A stretch of 43,362 bases of DNA, taken from Jimgerdemannia flammicorona. Its lineage: Eukaryota. A program made the position numbers and the translations under genes. The stretch covers positions 1-43,362 of the forward strand of contig RBNJ01000076.1 in NCBI GenBank assembly GCA_003990765.1, in the 5' to 3' direction. The notes under the pieces were generated by a model. That model had not been told where the DNA came from and made no database searches. It saw only the letters and a program-made list of their open reading frames with translations. How positions within the stretch are numbered: the first letter of the stretch is position 1; each line of letters begins with the position of its first letter. This document shows, piece after piece, positions 22,289-35,200 of this stretch.

Positions 22289-23998
22289 GACATCCCCCTC
22301 AACTAGGCCATTATCCAGCACTATTATATCACACTTGTGCTAATTGAGTTTAGCCCCAGAGTGTGCCTCATACCACTCCATAGTCTCCTTGAGTTCCTTA
22401 ACATTAGCAATCAAACCCAGGCCAACCACTATATCATCTGCAAAAGCACCAACTTTCCACTCAATACCATAAACTGAAAGCCCTCCTATCTTCTGCCAAA
22501 TCCTATCCATCAAGGGCTCTAAGAAAAGTACATACAAAATGAGAGACAGTGGGTCTCCCTGGGGAATACCCCTACCCAGAGAAAAAGCCACCCCTCAATA
22601 CTCATTACATATGAGTGCAGCCCTGCTACCTTCCAGTAGGCTGACCATTACTACTTAGAACTAATAGTGGATGCCAATTCTGTCCAGCACTATTGCCAAC
22701 CAGACCCTCCAAACATAGTCATAAGCCTTCTCCTGATCCAGGAAGACCAGGTGCCCATCCAATCCACAGGCCTGTGCCCCTTCAATAATACTATGTATAT
22801 ACCTAGGCTGTACTATCTCAAATAAGTCAGCCTCTGACAAATCTCTGCTGCTCTTCTCCTAAGAACTGCTGGGCCACCTTCTGCAGCCTTGCTATGATTA
22901 CCTTAGTAATCAACTTCCTATCTGTATACAGAAGTATTATCAGTCTCCAGTTCTTCCAGTCCTCTCTCCTACTCTTATTCTTATATAGCAGCATTACCAG
23001 CCCCAGATCCTGCTCCCCTACTCATCTCCCAGACTGTAGTATCAAGTCACAAAGTGCTCTCAGCTCTTCCAGTACACCAGGGACATCCACTATCTTCTTC
23101 CAGAAAGCCCAGGGCAGGCCATTCTCTCCTGGTGCTATACCCAGTATAGTTGTAGCAAGAACCTAGCAAATATCCTCCTCCTATACTAGCAATACCAGAC
23201 TGTCCAGCCCTTCTATCTGTAGCAGGTACCAGTCCTCCAAGACAAGACCAATGGTGGCACCTTCTGCCCCACTCTCCTCCTCACTCCACAATCTACTCCA
23301 CTGCTCCTTCAATGATCTAAGAATGTCTTATACACTATGCACCAATGTCCCCTCAGAGTTGAGAACCCCCTCCCATCTCTGCTGAATCATCCTTGCCTGA
23401 AGGGCCCTCATGAGAAACTTAGAGGGTCTCTCTCCTTCCTCCAGCCCCTGCTAATGTAGACATACTGCCATACTCTACACCTGCACTTTCTCCTCCTTCT
23501 GCAATATCTGTTGCAACTCTGCAACCTCCTTTTTTACCTATAGCAATCTCCAATCCTCTACTCCTTCCAGGGCCACCAAACCCTCCCAATCTTCCAACAG
23601 CCTTGTCAATATAACAGAGGTCCACAACCTCTTCCTCCTTCTCTATCTCCCAGCTACCACACCTGCCTCCCTTCAATAGACTCTAGCAGTCTCCTTCAAT
23701 CTCATCCACCTAGCACTAACTGAGATACCTTCCCATATCCACCCCTCCACTCTCTGCTGAATATCCTCAGCCCACTTGTCCCACAGTACCTTATCATCTA
23801 CTAGGGAGAAGTTGAGGTGCCAATGTCCCAGTCCATCTCTACTCCCCCCAAAATGGCTCTGTCTCAGCAGTCCCTAATGATCAGACCACAGATACTATTC
23901 CACCTTCAGAGACCTCCAAACATCCAGACCCCAGCAGTCTGCTGTCAAAATCCAGTCAATCCTTATCCCCAGGCCACTTGCCCAATATATGTATACTC

Positions 23999-26900
23999 TT
24001 TTTTTTTTTTTTTTTTTTTTTTTTTATAGTTACTTGGACTTCTTTCTTTATTAATACATCCATCTATTCTCTATACAATACACTGTGCCCACCCCTATCT
24101 GATCCCCCCCACTCTCTCTCAGTGAAAGACTATAATGTCATTCACTATCGTCACCTGCCCATCACTTTGTTCACAGATCCCTTCTACCAGATGGTATCAT
24201 TGTCCACTCTGGGAACCCCAACCAACCCACCACCCTGTCAGCAAATCTCCCATCAACTCCTCCCATCTTAACAACTTCTTCTATATACCCATCTATTGCC
24301 CCTCCTTAAATACAAAGAGCCAATGTTCAGCCAGCCCTATCTATATAGCTAAAATCCATCCTACAGTGAGCTATCCATTGTCTACACCACCCACCAACCT
24401 AGATTTCAAATCCTCCCAGTACTCCCTCTCTCCATCTGGCCTCCTCTTCACATCCAGCTGGTCCCCCACTACTATCCAAAAGTCCCCCAGAACCTCACAC
24501 TCTCTCAGCCAATGTTCTGGCATCTGCACAAATCCCCCAACTTGCCCTACATTGTAACACTCCTCACAATCTAATTGTCCACCATCCACCAGATGTCTGG
24601 TATAGAAATTCAACATGATATTTCTCTGCAGTATCTGCCACTATACCACCCAGAACTTGGGAGGAAGCCACCTCTACACCTCAGCACTCTATGACCAGAC
24701 TTCTGCCCAGTCCCACTCCTCACCAATCCTCACTGCCTGCTAACTACTTGGCCAAATATCCTGACCAAATCCCCACTGATACTCCACTCTATCACCAATA
24801 TCAAACTCAGCAAGTAGAGCACCCCTCAGAAGCAGTCTGTCTCATCTCCACATAGCTAGTCCCCACAGCATCCCCCCCTCATTGCTCTACTAGCACAGGC
24901 CTATATAGTGTGCTCCATCTACCACCCCCTACCCAAAGCTCTTATACTATAGCCATTGGCTTCCATCTAGGTCTACCAGAGATAACAAATCTCCCAATGA
25001 CTCTTGAGGGGAGAATCTCATCTTCCACACCTTCTGCATCAGTAGCACCCAACCCTCTCTCCATAGTTCAACAGCCCTTTTCAACCACCAAGCTTGCAGG
25101 CAGTACAGCCTCTTAGGAAAATCCACTAGGCCTAGCCCTCTTCTAACCACCAGTGATGCAAGAGTATCCCAACTGATCTGGAACTGCCTCTCTGCCCAAA
25201 TCTAATCTCTAGCCAGTTTCATTAGTCTCTTCACCACCTAAGCTGAAAAGTCCAAGTGATAAGCAACATACCATAGCTTGGGGAACTAGTAGATATTCAG
25301 AATTGACACATGGCCTGCTAGGGAGATGTGGCAACCTCCCCAACCCCTAAGAGCTTCCCCCCAAATAGCCACCCTCCTCTCCCACCATACTCGTAATAAG
25401 ACAGATCCATATATAGAAAGAAAGATGCCCAGATACCACACCATCTCTCCTGTAGGGACAATTGTTCCAATGATGTCTCCTCTCACTAGCCTGTTTTCTA
25501 GCACCATTGTCTCACACTTATATCAGTTGAGTTTTACCCCAGAGTGTGCCTCATACCATTCTACCATCTCTTTAAGTATCTCAACATCTGTCACTGAGCC
25601 AAGTCCAACTATCATGTCATCAGCAAAGGCCCCCACCTTTCACACTACACCATACATAGAGAGCCCTACTATCTTCTGTCAAATCCTATCCATCAAAGAT
25701 TCTAATGAAAGGGTATAGAGAATAGGAGGCAGTGAATCTCTCTGAGGAATCCCTCTTCCCAAGGGAAATGCCAGACCCTGGTGACCATTACACATCAGAG
25801 CTGCCCTACTGCCCTCTAATAGATTCAACATAGAAGCTCAAAATCATAGAGGAACACCAATTCTATCCAGCACCTTGTCCAGCCACACCCACCAAATGCA
25901 GTCATAGGCCTTCTCCTGGTCCAGAAAGACCAGTCTTCTATTCAATCCACAAGCCCATGCCCCTTCAATGATGCCATGAACCCAGGCTGTCCCATCTCTG
26001 ATAAGCCTGCCTCCAACAAAGCCCCACTACTCCTCCCCCAGCACCTGTTGGACAATCTTCTATAGTCTTGCAACAATCACCTTAGTCACTATCTTCCTAT
26101 CCATATCCAGAAGTATGATCAGTCTCCAGTTCTTCCAGTCCTCTCTCCTCCTCTTTTCTTTGTACAACAAGGCCACCAGTCCTAAGTCCTGCTCTCCAAC
26201 CCACTCACCACTCTGAAGGACATGGTCACAGAGAGCAGCCATCTCACCCAAAACTCCAGGGACCTTTACCATCTTCTTCCAGAAGTCCCATGGTAATCCA
26301 TCCTCCCCTGGTGCCATTCCGAGTTTAGTTGCTGCAAGGACACTCTGGATCTCCTCTCCTTGCACCACTCTCTCTCTCTCTTTCATCCTTGACATCTTAC
26401 AGATAAAAGCCCCCCACATTATCACCAAAGGCCCTTCACTCGTCTTCCCCATGACCTCCTTCCCAGCCAGTCTAATCCTGATGTCTATATCTCCTATCCT
26501 GAAAGTGGTCCCCTCCCACATCTAGAAACTGATATTGACTATATCACCATACTTTGCTATTACCTCCTCCACCCTCCTCCTAGTCTCAACCTTCATCATC
26601 ATAGGCACTCCTTTTACCAGTAACTGAACCACTCTGGGGTCCCACCTCAAATACCACACCATAGGGACCACCACCTCCCCTACTGCTACTCCAGTCTTCA
26701 GAGTCTCCTCCAGTGGCCCTACCTCCTCAAAACCCACCTCCACCTCCTCCAATCCCTTCAGAAAATTCACTGAGGTCACTTCAGCCATCTGCTCTGAGAT
26801 AAGCCCCAGAACCATCCTCACTGTTACTGCCAAGCCCTGGAAACACAAGGTCACAGTAAACTCTGAGATCGACTTCTTGAGTAATGGTGCCACCATCAGC

Positions 26901-27435
26901 CTCATCACACCATCAGCCAGATCTCCCTTCTGCTTTGGGCCCATCTGCCCAGCCCTGCTATCAATGGTTACATCTGGATTTTTTTCCAGATTCTCAGTCA
27001 CACCACTATCAGCAGTCCTGCCTCTACTCCCAGCAGCCACTCCACCAGCCCTACCTCCCACTAGCTGAGGTCCAGCACCTCCAACTTCTCCTTCTTTCTG
27101 CTTCCCCTTCCCTCCTACCTACCTGCCATGAGCACCCACCAGCCAATCTCCAGCCTTCAGCATATCTGCAAAGCTCCTCTCCTTCTGCCCTCCAGCCCCA
27201 CCACCAGTGCTGCTTCTACTGCCCGAGCTGCCCTACCCACTCAGACCACTGAAAGACCCCATCCCAAGCCCATACCCTCATCAGACATATTGCCAGTCAA
27301 AGGCCCCAGGTCCACCTGACCTAGTACACATATCTGCTTGCTTGTTGGTTGCTATAACCTTAGTATCTTTCTCCAATAAACAGATCAAAAGTATATTTCA
27401 AAGTTTGTATTATGTAAGTGATAGTGGAGAAAGAT
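23999..27435 (-). mobile_element. LINE-E: internally deleted family-2 LINE (ORF1 N-half fused in frame to RT; no endonuclease) nested in LINE-D
   Basis: Poly(T) 23999-24025. Family 5' terminus at ~27435. Degenerate TSD atatatgtatactc (23985-23998) / atgtgtgtataccc (27441-27454). Junction at ~26370 inside ORF 26060-26521. Confidence 0.9.
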
Positions 27436-30009
27436 GCCATATGTGTGTATACCCTTCTGTCATCTCACAGCTCCCTGCCAACATCTACCAAAGCACTCAG
27501 CCTCTCTACTTCCTCTCATACCTCCAAACCTCCACTCCTTCCCTCCACCCCCCTGCCCTCCATCAGTTCTATCTAATAGTACATCTCTGACCATATTAAA
27601 GTCCCCTCCAAGCACATTTACTCCAGCCCCTGCCAGAGTCCCTTCCTCCTGGAGACCCTTCACCCACTCTTTATGCTCACTCCATGCCACAGGACAATAG
27701 CAGAATCCAACTATAACTCATTCCCAACCAGTGCAAATTCACTCACCCCAGACCAGCCTGTCTCTCTAGTGCTGTATATCCTGTATCTCCCCTCTGCCCT
27801 TTCTGACCAGGATCCCAACCTTGTCCTTCCAAACTGCCTCCCCTCCCCATTCCTTTGTCTATCCAAATTATCCTCACACTTGACATCCTGCAAAAGAAAG
27901 AGATTGGCCTTCAATATTTTTAGCTAAGCAAAAATGTTCTGTTGATGAAAAGAACCCCAGAGCCCATTCACATTTAAAGAGAAAATATTGGTTATACTAT
28001 TCATAAGGAATAATATATAATAGTAAGCATATCCTCTACTGCTCAAATTCTTCATGATATTCTAGATAGGTCTCCTGCCAGAGCTTCAATCCATACCACT
28101 CTGCCCAACAGAAAGCTGCTCTCTTACTAGCAGCAACTGCCAGCCCAGCCTCCCTCTCTTTATCAACCTCATACCCTTCCTCCTCCTGGAAAACTACAAG
28201 AATCTCTATCTTCAGTACCTCCACCACTCCCTTACCATATAGGATATGTGCCCAATACTCATCACTCATCACTTACAGGTCCATCTCCCCCAATTCCTCT
28301 GCTGCAAAGTCTTGCACATCTATAGCAGATTTCCCACCTCCTTCTTCCTAAGAGTCACTGGCTGCCCTCTATCCAGCATTGAGATATCAGTCTCTATACT
28401 CACAGCGTCATCCCACTCCTCCTCCTGAATATCCACCAGTTCATCCTCACCCACTGCCACTACCTACCCCCCCACTGCTGTCTCAGGGACTCCAAAGTAT
28501 ACTCTCTGGGCTCTCCACATGGGTACATACTCCACCACCCTATCTCTCAAAGCTGGATCTCATCTAATAAGCAGTGTAGGGGTCAAGGATGGCTCCCAGA
28601 CCTCAAAGGTACCATTTGTATAAAGGTCATTTCCCTTCACCTCCTCTCCCCCTCCTGGCCCCTTCCCTGCATTCTCTCCTCTCTTGTCTGCCCAGATGCT
28701 CTCCTTGACTCCTCCCATGACCTCAATGCCACTAGCATCCTTCTTCACCCTACTTTTCAGTTTCACCAACAGCTCTCTCTGTCTCTTGTGATTCTGGGAT
28801 CTTTCCCATCACCTCTTATCTACTTGAATCCTCTTTCCATCTACCACTTCCAAATGTATCAACTCAACATATATCTTTTAAGCCTTAGTCCTCTGCTCAA
28901 CAGCACTGCTCAGCTCTTCTAGCACCTCTAGCAGATCCTCTTCCTCCTCTTCACTCTCCTTCACTCTTGTTACCTTGTACAAGAAAGCCCCACAGATCAT
29001 TACTGAAGGCCAGTCCCTAGCCTTTCTGGTTGCTCCCTTTTCTGCTAACTGAATTTGAACATCTACATCTCTAGTCCTGAACAAGATCTCCTCTCAGACC
29101 TGGAACCCATCATCAACCACCTCACTATACTCTGCTATGACTTTCTCGACTCTCCTCCTTATCTCCTCAGTGGTCAATGTAGGCACCCCTTTCACTAGCA
29201 ATTGCACCACCCTGGAGTCCTACCTCAAGTAGCATACTATTGGAATACACATCTCTCCAACTATCAACCCTGCCTTCAGTGCCTCCTCCAATGGTCCAGC
29301 CTCCTCAAAGCCCACCTCCACTTCTTCCAGTCTCTTTAGAAACTTCACAGATATCACATCAGCCACCTGCTTAGCAATCAGCCCCAGGACTATTTTCGCC
29401 ATCACCACTAAGCTCCAGAAGCACAAGGTGACTATAAGCTCTGAGATTGACTTCTTGAGTAATGGTGTCACTGTCAGTCCCATTATACCATTTACCAGAT
29501 TACTAGGCCTCATGCCTTTCCCACTACTCAGTCCACCATCAGCAGTTTCATCTAGATTTTTTTCCTGATCACCCATCATACTCCCATCAGCAGTCACCCC
29601 CTCAGCCCCTACACCACTAGCCCCACTACTCTAGCCCCCCAGTGAGACTCTCCCTAGAGGCTGCTGCCCTGCAGCCTTTACTATCTCCTTGCCCCTCCTA
29701 AGCCAGCCCTCTAGCCCAGGTCTCTGCTGACCCCCCTTCATCTTATTTACAAAGCTTACCCTCCCTGACCCCTGACCTCTAGCACTGCCCTCTCCCCTAC
29801 CACATCCTTTCACCAGCAGGCCCCTCATACTTCCCCCCCAAGCCAGGGCCCCTCCCTACATACTGCCAGTCAAATGCACTTGGGCCACTCTGCCCAGTAT
29901 ACACCTCAGAATACTCATCAGTCACTATGATACTAGTAGCTTTTCTCCAGAAACTGTATCAAAAGTATTGCTAAAAGATTGTATAACCTGAATATTACTG
30001 GAGAAAGAT

Positions 30010-30488
30010 GTAGGATTCTTCAGGATTATCTGATAAGCAAACCAAAAATGAACTTGTTCTTTATATCAGAAAGTAGACTGGAGTGAAAAAGGAATGCTTT
30101 GCTCACAATATCCTAGCAGTAACTATAGAGTTCCTCTTGAAGTATGGTAGGTAGACTTGTCTTTTGCTTTGGATTCAATTTCAGACTGAGGTTTATTCAC
30201 TCTTGTCTCTGGGGTATTTTATACAGTTATAGTTACTACTGGTTACTATGTTGTTAACTATAGATTATTAATTATGATAAGTATTTCTTAAGGGTACAGT
30301 ATACCTGGTGGGTATAGTGTACCTAGAGGATACAGTGTATCTGAAGAGTATAGTTAAATATACTGTTTCTGGTATCTCTGGCTAAATATACAGGTTGGTG
30401 CAGCAAAGTAGTCTTGGTTGCTTAGTGTACTAGATATAGTATATAGATAATTTATAATTTCAACAGGACAATTCTGTTGCTCATCATA
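30010..30488 (-). repeat. Partial LTR related to the Gypsy-1 LTR, truncated by LINE-D
   Basis: gactgaggtttattcactcttgtctctggggtattttataca matches ~9851-9892. End acaattctgttgctcatcata matches acaatttctgctgcttgtcaca (10252). Confidence 0.85.
30292..30354. repeat. 18-bp degenerate tandem repeat x3.5 in LTR U3
   Basis: gggtacagtatacctggt / gggtatagtgtacctaga / ggatacagtgtatctgaa / gagtatagt. Confidence 0.8.
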
Positions 30489-31079
30489 ATATTTTTATTA
30501 AGTTTTCTATAATTTAAGTAAATATAAATAGTTCTAATTTAGTTTATATATTTTATTACTCTTTTTGAGTAAAATATATTATTAAGTAAGAGGGTTAAAA
30601 TAATATCTTAATATATAAATATATAACTTTACACTATATCTTTGAGATCAATTATATTACTAATTAGTAATATATAAATATAAAACTTATATATTATTAA
30701 TAAATATATATTCTTTATAAATAGTAATATATATATCTATAAAGTTTTTTTTTAAAAATCTCTTTATTTAAGTTATATATTTAAATATATAACAACCAAA
30801 GATTTATTATTAAACATTCTTATATTATATTAAACTATTTTAATTTCGGATTTATTTAATTATAATTCTAAAGTTAATTATATAAGTTTACTATATTATA
30901 TAATAACTAAATATATAATTAATTTATCTTTTCAATAATAGCTATAATTTTGATATTACTAAAGTTATAACTTTTTAAATATTAATAGAGATATAATTTT
31001 ATAATCTTTAAATTTATATCAAATTAGAAATCAGACTTAAGATTTATTAATCAAATATTAATTTTCTTATTTAGATTAT
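30489..31079. other. Extremely AT/TpA-rich unassignable relic
   Basis: Visibly dominated by A/T and TA dinucleotides, with no ORFs. Confidence 0.6.
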
Positions 31080-32211
31080 TACAATATAGCAGATATAAGT
31101 ATATCAGATTTCTATATCATAAAAGCTTGATCTTCTTTAACTCTATAGAGTTCTCAGAATACAGAGATAGGTGAGTTAAAAGTATATCTACTTACAGACT
31201 TACTAGTTCTCTTACTTTCTCTTTGCTTTGAACTATTTTAATCTGAGGTTTATTTACTCAAGATACTGAGGATATTTATATAAGTTTTCTAGCTATAAGA
31301 TAGCTAAGTTATAAGTTACTTTTTACAAATATGAAATCTTTTAACATCTGCAGAATCTTTAGCAATTGTTAAAGTTTCTATATTTGTAAAATGACTACTA
31401 TTTATAAGGCTATACTATATTTGAAAATTGGATTCAAATACTACAATCAAATGTCTATTTCTTTAATTCATATTACTAATTTGGATCAACTATTATAACT
31501 TTCTCCTAAATAGATAATTTATCTCTAAAATATTCTATTCAAACTCTCAAGTCTTGATCAATTAAATATTCTTGTACTGTATAATTTGTATCATTATATT
31601 CTCCTAATGTTATCTTCTAATATATCTGAAGTCTCTTGGAGCTATACCTTGGAAATAAGCTAGGGCTTGCTCATTCTTCTTGAATAACTTATATATTCTC
31701 TTAATAATAATAATCTGAGTATAAGAGAGCTAACACTTCTTAATATAATCTTCTTTTTCTATTTCTGGCTTTGAGTTTAGTAGCTATCCTAACTTAAAGT
31801 ATTTCTGGAACTCAGTCTAATTTTAATAGATCTTAAAATGTAAAATTTATAACAAGTATATCTGTACTATACTTTGTTAAAGAATTCAACTTTATAATCT
31901 ATCTGATATAGATTTCTTTAGATTGCTCAGTAGTTAGTAGCTAAGTGAGGACTGAGTAGTCCATCTAAATAGTGAAGTATCTTTTAGTGAGATAGTAGTA
32001 GAACTTTTTTACAGTTTAGATAACTATAAGATATTTTAACTTATAGAATTTATATTCCTTTTTAGCTTTGAAGATCTCTCAGCTAAGATATGTAATAATA
32101 TACTTTACTTTATCTTTCTTCTGAACCAGAACTATTTCTAGTTCTTATATACTTATATCTGTCTGCAGGATGAATTTTTGAGACCAATCTGGTCTTCTCA
32201 GAATAGATGTC
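31080..32211 (-). mobile_element. Gypsy-2: heavily eroded, internally deleted Ty3/Gypsy remnant (RNase H, extra ORF, PPT, 3' LTR ~31080-31497)
   Basis: SILRRPDWSQKFILQTD...TVKKFYYYL (RNase H, ~31890-32210). Purine tract AGGAGAAAG (31499-31507) abuts the LTR start. LTR homologous to 38858-39334. Confidence 0.85.
31547..31885 (-). pseudogene. Extra ORF (ORF3) remnant of Gypsy-2
   Basis: EFQKYFKLG*LLNSKPEIEKEDYIKKC*LSYTQIIIIKRIYKLFKKNEQALAYFQ aligns without gaps to Gypsy-1 ORF3. Confidence 0.72.
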
Positions 32212-35200
32212 TTTTTTTTTTTTTTTCCACTATTTATTATCAGTCTATTGATATAATTACAGTACCCCCTCACCCTACCCAATCCCTAGGAGCACCTCCC
32301 CCAATACCATTACACTTGAAAACTATCTTACTCTCTACTATCTCAACTCTCCCCCTACTCTGTCCATAGATTTTCTCCACCAATCAATACTGCTGATTAC
32401 TCTACAGACCTCAACCTAACCACCAGCCTATCAGGATGTCCTCTATCAACTCTTCCCATCTCAATAGCCATATCCCCACACTCAGATACCTTCTTTCTTC
32501 AAAAACAAACAACCAGTGATCTACCAATCTCACTTAAACTATTAATATCCAACTTATAGTCAGTCACATATTTTCCACCCTCTCACCAATTTATCTTGCA
32601 AATTCTCCTACTGACCCCTCTCACCATTCCCCTATACACTATATCCAATCTATCTCCAACCACTAGCCAAAATTCACTAAGTATCTTATACTCTCTCAGC
32701 TAATATTCTAGTATCTGTACAAATCCCCCTTTCTATCCTACATTGTAGTACTTCTTATAGTCAAAGCTTCCTCCCTCTACAAGATAGCCTGAGTGAAAGT
32801 TAAGCATGATATTCCTCCATAGTATGTGCTACTAGACCACTCAGTACTTCAGCAGCAGCCACTATCTTACCTCAGCACTCTAGGCCCAGACTCTATTTCA
32901 GTTCCACTCCTCACTGATATCTACCAACTACTATCTACTGGGCCACAAATCCTGTCCTAATCCTCTCTAGTACTTGACCCCATCACTAATATCAAAATCA
33001 ATTAGGAGAATACCCCCTGATAGTATCTGGTTCCATCTCTACATCACTGGGTTCTAAGACAGCTCTTCTTCATTTTCTCTCTAATGAATTTCAATATAGT
33101 GTGTCCCATCTGCTACCCCCCACCAGAAGCCTTTATACCACATATGCTCATTGTTCTGAAGCCCAACCAAGGACAGTAAATCTCTGGTAGAGTCTCTTAG
33201 TGAGGATCTCATCTCTCAGACCTTTGTCATCAGGGGCACCCATCTACCCCCTCCTAGTTCTATAGCTCTCTTCAACCACCATACTCTCAGATAGTGCAAT
33301 CTCTTCAGAAAGTCAATCAGCCTAAGGTCCCTTCTTATTACTGGCAGAGACAGCCCAGATCCACCCCTTGGCCAGTTTCAACAGCCAGGTAGAGAAGTCT
33401 AGATGATAAGCCAAATACCACAATTTTGACAGCTAGTAGACATTCAAAATTGAAACACACCCTGCTAGAGACAAGTGTTGTCCTCTCCAACTCTGCAGGG
33501 TCTCTCTCCAGATTGTAACTCTCTGTTCCCATCAAAGTCTCAGTAGGACTGATCCATATACTAATAGATAAATACTCAAGTATCACACCACCTCTCTAGC
33601 AGAGATAATTGTTTCAATGATATCTCCTCTCACCAAGCCATTGCCCAATACTATCATTTCATACTTATGCTAATTGAGTTGAGCCTCAGAGTATATCTCA
33701 TACCACTCCATAGTCTCCTTGAGTTCCTCTATATCAGTGATCAAACCCAGACCAACTACTATATTCCACAAAGACTTCAACTTTTCACCCAATCTCAAAT
33801 ATTGAGAGCCTGACTACCTTCTGTCTGATCCTATCCATCAGAGGCTCCAAAGAGAGAGCATACAAAATGGAGGACAGTGGGTCCTCCTGGGGAATACCTC
33901 TAACTAGAGAGAATGCCACCTTGCAATACTCATTGTATATAAGTACAGCTCTACTCCCCTCTAGTAGACTGACTATTGCCACCTGGAACTAATATGGAAT
34001 ACCAATCCTATCTAAAACCTTCTCCAACCAGATCTGCTGAATACAGTCATATACTTTCTCCTAATCTAAGAAAACCAGATACCCATCTAGTTCACAGACT
34101 CATATCCCTTTAATAACTCTATATACCCAGGCTGTATTATCCCAGATGAGCCAGTCTCCTATAAAGCCCCACTGCTTCTCACCCAAGATTTGCTGAGCTA
34201 CCTTCTACAACCTTACTACCACCACCTTAGTAACCAACTTTCTGTCCATATCCAGAAGCATAATTGGTCACCAGTTCTTCCAGTCCTCCTTTCTGCCCTT
34301 ATTCTTATAAAGCAGCACTACCAGCCCCAGATCCTGCTCACCCACCCATCTCTCTGACTGTAGTATCAAGTTGCAGAGTGCTCTCAGCTCTTCTAGTATT
34401 CTAGAGACTCTCACCATCTTCTTACAGAAGTCCCAGAGCAGACCATCCTCCTCTGGTGTTATGCCCAGTGTAGTTATAGCAAGAACCTGGAGAATCTCCT
34501 CCTCTTGTACTAGTATCACCAATCTCAATCCTTCTACTCATAGTAAGTGCCAATCCTCTAAAGTACAGTCAATGGTGGCAGCATTAACCCCACCCTCTTC
34601 CTCACTCCACAGACCACTCCACCTCTTCTTTAATGATTCAAGAATGTCTTATATTCCATACATCAGTAGGCCATTAGAATCTAGTACTCCCTCCTATCTC
34701 TGCTTCACTCTCCTTACCTAGAGGGCCCTTGTGAGATACTTAGAAGGCCTCTCCCCTTCTTCCAGCCCCTGCCAATATAAGTGAGTCACTAAACTCTACA
34801 CCTATACCTTCTCTTCCTCCCACAACATCTGTTGTAACTCTTCAACCTCCAATTTCACCCACATCAATTGCCAGTCCTCCACCCCCTCTATGGCCAACAG
34901 ACCTGCCCAGTCTTTCAGAAGTCTGGCCAATCTAGTAGAAGCCCACATCACCCTCTTCCCCCTCTATCTTTCAGCTACCTTACCAGCCTCCCTCTAGTAG
35001 ACCTTAGCAGTCTCTTTTATTCTCATCTATTGGACTCTAATTGGGATACCTTTCTATATTCAACCCTCTACCCACAGCCAAATGTCCTTAGCCCACTCAT
35101 CCTATAGCATCTTATTATCTAATAAAGAGAAATTGAGATACCAATGTCCAGACCCATCCTCACTCTCTCCAAAAAGACCCTATCTCAGCAGCCCCCAATG

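Larger units (their letters stand above)
20386..30009 (-). mobile_element. LINE-D: family-2 LINE lacking its last ~150 bp, carrying a nested MITE and LINE-E
   Basis: Segments 20386-21688, 22289-23998 and ~27436-30009 are colinear with LINE-F. GIPQGDPLS and GAFADD (22340-22591). LFLLQDVK (27711-27914). 5' terminus at 30009. Confidence 0.9.
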
